Source of the DNA: an uncultured Acholeplasmataceae bacterium
GTDB taxonomy: Bacteria; Bacillota_I; Bacilli_A; Acholeplasmatales; Acholeplasmataceae
Direction of reading: 5' to 3'
Assembly (NCBI GenBank): GCA_963541505.1
Contig: CAUTSJ010000003.1
Coordinates: 590 to 64,589, forward strand
Length of the DNA stretch: 64,000 nt
How positions within the stretch are numbered: position 1 is the first letter of the stretch; the number at the start of each line of letters is the position of its first letter. Shown here in pieces: positions 27,767 through 35,800 of this stretch. The translations under genes were made by a program, and so were the position numbers. The notes beneath the pieces are model-generated. The model had not been told where the DNA came from. It worked only from the letters and a program-made list of their open reading frames with translations, and searched no databases.

Positions 27767-29431
27767 ATTACTAATATTAAAATTTTTGGACTTGGTGGAT
27801 TTGGAGAAATTGGTAAAAACTTCTTCTGTCTACAAGTCAATCGTTCTATCTTTATTTTAGACGCAGGGCTAAAATACCCAACTCAACAACAGTTTGGAAT
27901 TGACTCAATTATTGCAGACTACTCGACTCTGTTGCCACACAAAGACCAAATTGAGGCTATTTTTTTGTCGTCTTTTAAAGACGAAAACATTGGAGCCTTG
28001 CCTTTTTTACTAAAACAAATCAAGGTACCAGTTTACGCAACTGAACTAACAATTCATCAAATTAAACAGACTTTAGAAGATACTCCTGACCTGGATGCTT
28101 CCGAAATTGAGTTTAGAGAAATTAAAAAAGGTACTAAAGCCAATTTTAAAGACTGTTCTTTTTCTTTTTATTTCACAAGTTCAGCACTTCCTGAAAGCGT
28201 GGGTATCATTGCCCAAACTGAACTTGGCAAAATCATTTATACAGGTTCTTTTTCTTTAAACAAAACTCCGCATCCACTTTACCAGACTGAGTTCTCTGCA
28301 CTAATGGAAGCCGCTTTGGCAAAAGACACTTTGGCCTTACTTCCAGACTGTTCAGGTGTTTCTCAGTTTACCACTTCATACACTCAAGACAAATACCAAG
28401 CGTTTTTAACGACTGTTTTTAAAAACACTGAAGGCAGATTGTTTTTTGCAGTCGCAGACACTGATATTAAGCGAATTCAAGAAATTATTACTTGGGCTGA
28501 ACGCTTAGATAGAAAAATTTGCTTCTCTAGCCGCAAATCATTTATGAAACTGCTTCCTTTAATTAAAAAAGGCTACCTGTCGCTTGATTTAAAATCGCTA
28601 GTTTCACAAAAACATGTATATGAAAACGGCATACAAAATGTCGTGATGATAATCACCGGCAACTTAAATACCCCGCTTATCAAACTACAAAGCATCGCAA
28701 AGTCTAAAAATCCCCGCCAAACACTTTCAAAGGAAGATGCAGTTTGCATTTTAATGAAACCAATTCCAGGGGTTGAGACAATGTTTGCAGCAACTTTGGA
28801 TGAACTTTTTAAAACAAAGTGCAAAACTTACTACAAGCCTAATTTAATTGTCCACGATTTGGCTTCAAGCACCGATATTTCTTTTATGCTTTCGCTTTTA
28901 AATCCCCGTTATATTATTCCTTTGCGTGGTGAATACAGCCAACAGGTTAAATTAAAAGAAACTTTAATAACTTTTGGGTTTAGTGAAAAAAATATCTTGA
29001 TTATGGAAAACGGTGACATCGCTCACTTTAACAAAAAATCTGGTTTTGTCTCTAAAAAAGAGTTAGCGGCGGCCGATAAACTAATCGATGAGGTGCCAAT
29101 TGACGAAAATAACGATATTATCGTCAAAGAACGCGCATACTTAGCCGAAGACGGGATTTTTATCTTGGCCTTTAGATATTCGTTTCAAGACCGAAAAGTT
29201 CACGGTGACTTTAATATATTTTCAAAAGGCTTTTCTCGGGACACCGAATTTATTTCAGAAATTACTGAAAGCGCCAAGACCTTTTTAGTAAATTTCCATG
29301 CAAAAGTAGGTGAACGTGGTTTGCAACTAAACGACTTAAAGAAACAACTTCGCCAACACATTGCTAACTTTATTTACACCAAAAAACGCAAAAACCCAAT
29401 AGTTAACGCGATAATTTCAGTAATTCGTTAA
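27767..29431 (+). CDS. RNase J-like metallo-beta-lactamase/beta-CASP protein with degenerate active site; non-canonical (ATT) start inferred
   Basis: The open frame from 27755 encodes ..TNIKIFGLGGFGEIGKNFFCLQVNRSIFILDAGLKYP..DSIIADYSTLLPHKDQIEAIFL.., colinear with the RNase J N-terminus. No ATG/GTG/TTG occurs in frame before TTG 27932. GAGGTG lies at 27757-27762 and ATT codons at 27764 and 27767. The HxHxDH position reads SSFKDEN. Confidence 0.7.
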   Translation: MTNIKIFGLGGFGEIGKNFFCLQVNRSIFILDAGLKYPTQQQFGIDSIIADYSTLLPHKDQIEAIFLSSFKDENIGALPFLLKQIKVPVYATELTIHQIKQTLEDTPDLDASEIEFREIKKGTKANFKDCSFSFYFTSSALPESVGIIAQTELGKIIYTGSFSLNKTPHPLYQTEFSALMEAALAKDTLALLPDCSGVSQFTTSYTQDKYQAFLTTVFKNTEGRLFFAVADTDIKRIQEIITWAERLDRKICFSSRKSFMKLLPLIKKGYLSLDLKSLVSQKHVYENGIQNVVMIITGNLNTPLIKLQSIAKSKNPRQTLSKEDAVCILMKPIPGVETMFAATLDELFKTKCKTYYKPNLIVHDLASSTDISFMLSLLNPRYIIPLRGEYSQQVKLKETLITFGFSEKNILIMENGDIAHFNKKSGFVSKKELAAADKLIDEVPIDENNDIIVKERAYLAEDGIFILAFRYSFQDRKVHGDFNIFSKGFSRDTEFISEITESAKTFLVNFHAKVGERGLQLNDLKKQLRQHIANFIYTKKRKNPIVNAIISVIR

Positions 29432-29555
29432 CTAGCGTTTTAATGGTAAAAAACGCACAAATGTGTTAACATTAATTGTTATTACCACATAGAAAAAGTC
29501 TTTTAAATATGCAAATTTGCATTACTTTCATAGTGAGTCTTTTAAGGAGGAAAAT

Positions 29556-29867
29556 ATGTACGCTATATTTGCTAAAGGTGGCAAACAATTTAAAGCCGAA
29601 AAAGGTCAAAAATTGTTTTTAGAAAAACTTAACAACGCAGTTGACGAAACTGTTGAGTTTAAAGAAGTGTTACTTGTTTCTGGCGATAAAGTTAAAGTTG
29701 GTGCACCTTATGTTAAGGGTGCTAAAGTTGTCGCTAAAGTACTTCGCCACGGTAAACAAAAGAAAGTCATCGTTTTTAAATACAAAGATAAAAACAATGA
29801 TAAAGTTAAAAAAGGTCACAGACAACCATACACAGAAGTTTTGGTTGAAGACGTCGTTGTTGCCTAA
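29556..29867 (+). CDS. rplU: 50S ribosomal protein L21
   Basis: MYAIFAKGGKQFKAEKGQ.. start with an AAGGAGG RBS 6 nt upstream. 103 aa. Confidence 0.93.
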   Translation: MYAIFAKGGKQFKAEKGQKLFLEKLNNAVDETVEFKEVLLVSGDKVKVGAPYVKGAKVVAKVLRHGKQKKVIVFKYKDKNNDKVKKGHRQPYTEVLVEDVVVA

Positions 29868-29881
29868 ACGCAACTAATTAC

Positions 29882-30178
29882 TTGATTAAGTTCAAAGTAG
29901 ATGAATTAAAGCAAAGCTTAAGCGCAAAAGGCCACGCAGAGGCAGGACCTTTTGGCCAAGATATAGTTTGCGCCGGAGTTTCTGTTTTATTTCAATCTCA
30001 CATCAATTTACTTGAGTTTCTAAAAGAAACCAAAAACATTGAGTATAAATTAACTGAAGCCGAATTTAGTTTTAAAATCATGAAGTCTAGCAAAGCAGCA
30101 GAGGCTGTTTTTAAAAACTTAGTTTATACTCTCAAGGATATGGCAAGGCAATATCCTTTAAACATCAAGGAGGAATAA
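29882..30178 (+). CDS. prp: Ribosomal-processing cysteine protease Prp (YsxB family)
   Basis: 98 aa with a TTG start and His/Cys dyad context ..KGHAEAG...[10 protein letters not shown].. It lies between rplU and rpmA. Confidence 0.85.
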   Translation: MIKFKVDELKQSLSAKGHAEAGPFGQDIVCAGVSVLFQSHINLLEFLKETKNIEYKLTEAEFSFKIMKSSKAAEAVFKNLVYTLKDMARQYPLNIKEE

Positions 30179-30180
30179 AA

Positions 30181-30462
30181 ATGCTATTACTCATAAATTT
30201 ACAGTTATTCGCATCTAAAAAAGGTGTCGGTTCGACTAAAAACGGACGCGATTCTATTTCTAAACGCTTAGGTGCTAAGTTATCAGATGGTCAATATTGC
30301 CAAGCAGGTTCAATAATCTACCGTCAACGCGGTACTAAAGTGCATCCTGGTAACAATGTCGGAAAAGGCGGAGACGATACATTGTTTGCGCTAATTTCTG
30401 GAATTGTGAAATTTGAACGCATCAGCAGAACTAAAAAGCAAGTTTCTGTCTACGCTAAATAA
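30181..30462 (+). CDS. rpmA: 50S ribosomal protein L27 with cleavable N-terminal extension
   Basis: [25 protein letters not shown].. The extension and F/A cleavage context match Prp substrates of Firmicutes. Confidence 0.95.
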   Translation: MLLLINLQLFASKKGVGSTKNGRDSISKRLGAKLSDGQYCQAGSIIYRQRGTKVHPGNNVGKGGDDTLFALISGIVKFERISRTKKQVSVYAK

Positions 30463-30464
30463 CC

Positions 30465-30491
30465 AAGGTAACTAACTTAGTTACCTTTTTT
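30465..30491 (+). terminator. Hairpin plus T-run between rpmA and obg (terminator/attenuator)
   Basis: 9-bp stem AGGTAACTA / TAGTTACCT, 3-nt loop, T6. Confidence 0.6.
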
Positions 30492-30510
30492 AATATTAAA
30501 GGAAAAAAGT

Positions 30511-31767
30511 ATGTTAGTAGATGAAGTGAAAGTGGTCTTCAAAGCCGGAACAGGCGGAAACGGAAAAGTAGCTTTTAGACGAGAAAAGTATGTTGAGTTT
30601 GGTGGACCTGCTGGCGGAAACGGTGGAAACGGAGGTTCCGTTGTAATCGTTGGTGACAGTGCACTGAATAACCTACTTTGGTTTAAAAACAATAATTTAA
30701 TTAAGGCGCAAGGTGGCCAAAACGGGGCTGAAAAGTCTTGCAACGGTAAAAACGGCGAAAACACCGTGGTCAGAGTACCACTTGGCACACAAGTTTGGGT
30801 AGATGGTGAGTTGCTTTTTGAAGTTTTGGCCGAAAAAGATGAGTTTATTGTAGCCCACGGAGGTCGCGGAGGCAGGGGCAACAAATCCTTTAAGTCCAAC
30901 CGAAATCAAGCACCTGACTACGCTGAAAACGGGCTGCCTGGCGAAGAGGTTCAAGCAAAACTAATTTTAAAGTACATCGCAGACATTGGCTTGGTTGGTT
31001 TTCCAAATGTTGGAAAATCTTCAACCCTAGCCTTGATTTCCAGGGCTAACCCCAAAATTGCAGATTATGAGTTTACCACTCTTATTCCAAACCTAGGGGT
31101 AGTTTCAACTAAAGAAAAAGACTTTGTAGTTTGCGACATCCCTGGAATTATTGAAAATGCACATCTTGGCGAAGGTCTAGGTTTTACTTTTCTTCGACAC
31201 ATTGAACGCTGCAAGGTACTTGCCCACGTTTTGGATTTAACTAAGGACCCGAAAACCGCCTACTTGCAAATAAAGGCAGAACTCAAAAAATACTCAAAAC
31301 AACTGGTTAAGAAAAAAGAGCTAATTATTTTAAATAAAGCAGACTTAGTAGACCAGGCAACAATTGACGCAGCACTTAAGAGTTTTAAAAATAAACCAAA
31401 AGTTGTAATTTCTACAAAAAACTACTTAGACTCAAGCAAAGTAATTGCTAAAATGGACTTGGTTTTATCTAGAGTAAAACCGTTTGTAGAACAGGCAAGC
31501 ACCGAGATTCAAGCTGAGTTAAAACCAAAAACTGACAAAACTCAAAACAATTTATTTACAGTTAAGAAAGTAGAAAATTGTTTTGTTATTGAAGGTAAAA
31601 TGGTTTTCGACCTTTTTTACAAGGTTGATTTTAACAACGACTCTTCAGTTAAACGCTTTGCCTATCAACTAAGGTCACTTGGAGTTGACGAAGCACTACT
31701 TGAGCATGGTGCCAAAAACGGCGATGTTGTTCGTATAAAAGATTTTTACTTTGACTTTATAGTCTAA
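30511..31767 (+). CDS. obg: GTPase Obg/CgtA
   Basis: 418 aa with a glycine-rich Obg fold (GGNGGNGGS, GGRGGRGN), G1 GFPNVGKSS, G3 DIPG, G4 NKAD and a C-terminal TGS-like OCT domain. Confidence 0.96.
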   Translation: MLVDEVKVVFKAGTGGNGKVAFRREKYVEFGGPAGGNGGNGGSVVIVGDSALNNLLWFKNNNLIKAQGGQNGAEKSCNGKNGENTVVRVPLGTQVWVDGELLFEVLAEKDEFIVAHGGRGGRGNKSFKSNRNQAPDYAENGLPGEEVQAKLILKYIADIGLVGFPNVGKSSTLALISRANPKIADYEFTTLIPNLGVVSTKEKDFVVCDIPGIIENAHLGEGLGFTFLRHIERCKVLAHVLDLTKDPKTAYLQIKAELKKYSKQLVKKKELIILNKADLVDQATIDAALKSFKNKPKVVISTKNYLDSSKVIAKMDLVLSRVKPFVEQASTEIQAELKPKTDKTQNNLFTVKKVENCFVIEGKMVFDLFYKVDFNNDSSVKRFAYQLRSLGVDEALLEHGAKNGDVVRIKDFYFDFIV

Positions 31768-31770
31768 AAA

Positions 31771-31800
31771 TTAACCCACAGAATACTGTGGGTTAATTTA
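31771..31800 (+). terminator. Intrinsic terminator of obg
   Basis: 11-bp stem TTAACCCACAG / CTGTGGGTTAA, 4-nt loop, T-rich tail. Confidence 0.8.
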
Positions 31801-31970
31801 TTTAATAGAACACTCAAGAGAGACAAAAATGCAAAAATAAACACACTGCAGGTAATTTTTTTAAAATCATTTAAGGTCTTAAACAATCTGATCACTAAAA
31901 AGTTAAAATAAGTTGTTTATGATAAATAAACTAAATAGTCTTATTAAGCGATTTAACTTGTTTAAAATCG

Positions 31971-31987
31971 TTTTTTTTTTTTTTTTT
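31971..31987. repeat. Homopolymeric T17 tract
   Basis: Counted directly: 17 consecutive T, about 220 nt upstream of the surface-protein gene start at 32207. Confidence 0.95.
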
Positions 31988-32206
31988 GGTCTAAAAATAC
32001 TTCTTAATTCTTAGTTTGATAAAGTAAACAAAAAGACTTATTAGAATTAAAAACTAAAAAATCAGTTAAAATGTGCTTATAAGGCTTTTAAATTGAAATA
32101 TTTAAAAACCATCAAACCCATATATTTATTTCGCACGTGTATCTTAATATAATATTACTGGAAAATTGCATTTATTTCTTTTTTCCTATATTTATGGAGG
32201 ATATAC

Positions 32207-32890
32207 ATGAAAATTAACAGAAAAAACGGGTATTTAATATCTGGTTTACTTATCTTAATTTTAACTTTAACAACACTATTTTTGATTTTTTTATTTATTC
32301 ATCCTGACGTTTATTTTTCTAAAGCCAGTGGTTTTTCTCAACATGATGGCGTTAAAGCAGGTAAAAATAAACTGCGTTTTGTGGTGCCAGAAACTGTTGA
32401 TGTAACTAAATCTACTTTTATTTCTGTTAAGCAAGACTGGTTTACAACTAGCAGAATGGGTAAAATTACTGATATCAAAGCCAAACCTAAAAAATACTTA
32501 GCCCTAGATTTTACAGACCGCGAATACGATTCCGAAGTTTTTACAGTTTACACTAAAAACTGGTTTGGAATTAAAAGAGAACACGACGTTATTGTAGATT
32601 ACTCTAACTTTCTTCGTGTATTTTTCCCAGAATCACAAGACGGCGCAGTTCCACGCAAACCGATAATTCTTCCTTATTCTAAATTACAAACTGAATACAA
32701 ACATATATATGAAGAACTCTATAAAATGAAAGGTTTTGTGGCGTTTGGGAAAGATGGTATCGCTAGCGGGCAACCTGTAAGTAAAGAAGAGGTTTTCACT
32801 AAAGAAAACGCAAAAGGTCGTGCATTTATCGTTAACAACAATACACATATTTCTTTAGTTTACGATTTTGTCTTACCTGGTATTTTTTAA
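32207..32890 (+). CDS. Membrane-anchored N-terminal module of the large surface protein (separate ORF in this sequence)
   Basis: 227 aa with a GGAGG RBS and an N-terminal TM/signal anchor GYLISGLLILILTLTTLFLIFLFI. The ORF ends in TAA within the T6A5 run at 32883-32893. Confidence 0.65.
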   Translation: MKINRKNGYLISGLLILILTLTTLFLIFLFIHPDVYFSKASGFSQHDGVKAGKNKLRFVVPETVDVTKSTFISVKQDWFTTSRMGKITDIKAKPKKYLALDFTDREYDSEVFTVYTKNWFGIKREHDVIVDYSNFLRVFFPESQDGAVPRKPIILPYSKLQTEYKHIYEELYKMKGFVAFGKDGIASGQPVSKEEVFTKENAKGRAFIVNNNTHISLVYDFVLPGIF

Positions 32891-35800
32891 AAACCAAGCA
32901 CAAAAAACTCAAGTTTACGGCCTAGCTGAAAAAACAATTGGTAAAACTAAAACTTATGATCCTGTAAAACAAGGACTTGAAATTAAGTTCAACACCCCAC
33001 CTTTCTATATTTCTAAGTTCCTTGGTTGGTACTACATTGATCCAGTAGGCAACCGTGTTGACCTAAATCCAGGTCAAGAGTTTCAAATACCGAAATGGGT
33101 AAAATTTGAACTTAGACTAATTGCTAGATATGACATCACTACCGATACCGATAAGATAGGACCAGAGCTAGACAAACAAGGCCTAGTTGCAGTTTCTTAC
33201 TTTGATGGAGTTGAAAGAGTATTTTTTGATATTGTTAAAAAAGGAAGTCCGTTAAAGGAACATGTTTATCAAAAAGAAGGATATGCCTACGTCGGTTGGT
33301 ATAAGGACAGTGCGTTAACTGAAAAAGTAGACTTTACTAAGGAACTTGCAAACACTCACACCGTACTTTACTTAAAATCAATTAAGCAAAAACAGCCTAA
33401 ACCAGAAAAACCAATTAAATATCACACAGTAAACTTTATTACTCCGCATGACGCTAATCAGTTGCTTCCGACAAAGCGAGCACATGGTCAAAAATTAGAA
33501 ACAAATTACTTAACTCCTTCAATTGTGACAGCATTTGATGCAAACGGTGATTTACTTGAACTGGATTACTGGAATTTAGTAGACCCAGTAACTGGCCTTC
33601 GCACGAGATATGACTTCAATACTCCAATTACCGAAGACATTACTCTTGAAGCAGTTATGCGAAAAAGAGTTCTTACAACAACTAAATACATAATTAAAAA
33701 ATATTTTGAATCTGTAGACCAAGCTGGCAACTTTGTTGAAGATAAAACAAAAGAAGAGATTGTTGAAGGTCAAACTCCAGGACAAGAAGTTGAGTTGTCG
33801 CCAACTCAAACCAATGCACCTTACGGCTTTGCTTTAGACAATTCTAGTGTGCTAAAAAAGAAAATTAAAAAAGATGGAACTACAGTATTTGAACTTAAAT
33901 ACAAAAGAAACCGCTACAAAGTTAACTTTGAAGTTAACTATAATGGCAATCATTTTAAAGGAGTTGTTGCTTCTAGTGAATCTAGCCAGACTGTTGTGCA
34001 TGAAGGTAAATTAACTAGACCAACAAATCCTACTATTACTAAACCAGGATATACCTATACCTTTAAACACTGGCAACTTAAGGACGAAATGGGCAATGTT
34101 TATAAAGAGGTTAATGAGTTTGATTTTGCTAACACCAAAATCACTAAAAACACAACTTTAGTTGCTTATTTTGAAGAAAAAGTTGACAGGGTAAACTACA
34201 CTATCAAACATGTCTACAAAGGTTTTGGTTCAATTCAAGATACTGTAGAAACTGAAGTTAAACAAGCACAAGTTGGCTCACAAGTTACCGTAACTGAAGC
34301 AGATGCACACGCAAAAAAAGGTTTTGAAGTTCAGCCAATAAACGAAACTAAAACAATTAACGCAAACAGACAAACCACCTTTACTTTAACTTACGAAAGA
34401 AAAACTTACTTGGTTGAGTATGACTATAATGGTTGTACTTTAAACGGAGAAAGTAAAACAACTCAGACTTATAAATTTGAAGAAAACTTAAAAGATGTTG
34501 AACATCCTCAAAAAACAGACCCAACTCAAATTAAAACCTACACTTTTGCAGGCTGGCAAAATACAGAAACTGGAGAAATTGTAGATTTTTCTAAAAACCT
34601 AAAAGTTACTAAAAATCTACACCTAAAAGCAATCTGGACCGAAGCAACTGCTACCCGTCCAGTTTATCTTAAAATGATTTGGGAAAAGATAAATGAACAA
34701 AACGACACAGTTGTTGAAAGACAGCTTGCAAAACAAAGAGAAATTGGGGATACTGCGATGTTTTCAGATCAAGATGTCAAAGATATCTTGAATCAATATC
34801 TTGCTAATAACCCCCTTCCTTATCATCAAACTAACCTTGACCCAGCGAACTCAACAACCGAAGTTAGAATAACTACTTCTTTAGACAAACACTATATAAC
34901 TGTTTACTTTAAAGCAAAAACTTACACAGTTGAGTTTGACAGAACTGGTTTAGTTCCAACGTCTGTTTCGCCAGAACTTAAGCAAACGCTTACCTTAAAA
35001 CATTCGCAAATTGTGCCAAGTGATTTGATTGCTAAAATGAAGTCAGTACAAAAACAACAAACTGCCGCAAGTGACTATGTTTTTGATAGATTAGTTGAAA
35101 CTACAACTGGTCAAGACTTTAATGAAAACTTAGCCTACAATCAAAACATTAAAATCAAACCACTATTCATTGAAAAAGATGCACAAGCCACAATAACTCC
35201 TAAAATATCTGCTGGCGATACAGACAAGGCAGATGCGAGTGCGTGGAGACCACAGAACGGTAAAGTCGGCACTAAGTTTAACTTCAATCCACAGCAAAGT
35301 GTAAAAAAAGGTTGGAAGTTTATAGGTTGGGCAAAAGCAGAAGGCAACCCAGCTGAGACCATTTACTTTGAACGCGGAACCAAAGAAGTTTGGGCTGTAT
35401 TTGAGCCAGCTGAAACTACTTATACAATTCGACACGTCTTTAAAGGAATTGAAAAAGACAATATTCCAGATGAGATAAAAACAACTGTTAATACAGCTAA
35501 AACTAATTCGGTAGTCCAACTAAACAACTCACATGAATACAATGGTTACAACAAAAACGGGTTTATTGCACAACTTCCGCCACAAAGCGAAATTATCAAA
35601 GCAAACGGTTCTACTATTTTTGAAATAATTTACCGACGTCGTGAGTTTGATGTTGACTTTGTAGTTAACTACAAAAACCAATTTGAAGGTACAGTTTCAC
35701 CAGTTCCACAAACCCAAAAAGTTAAGTATGAAGGAAAGGTTGAGCAGCCCCAAGTCCCAACTATTTCAAGACATGGCAGAACTTATGAATTTATTCATTG

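Noticed and set aside
29517-29555. Upstream TTG start for rplU (MHYFHSESFKEEN..)
   Set aside because: The AAGGAGG RBS lies inside this extension, 6 nt before the ATG at 29556, and L21 proteins begin MYAI..
30477-30899. 140-aa Pro-rich ORF on the minus strand (..PPFPPFPPAGPP..)
   Set aside because: It is the antisense mirror of the glycine-rich (GGN/GGC codon) Obg N-terminal fold. It has no RBS and lies fully inside a highly conserved gene.
32860-32882. Shine-Dalgarno-like stimulator for programmed +1 frameshifting at UUU UAA A
   Set aside because: The upstream sequence (..GTCTTACCTGGTA..) has no AGGAGG-like element at the spacing used by prfB. Recoding is therefore kept only as a minor alternative to an indel or phase variation.
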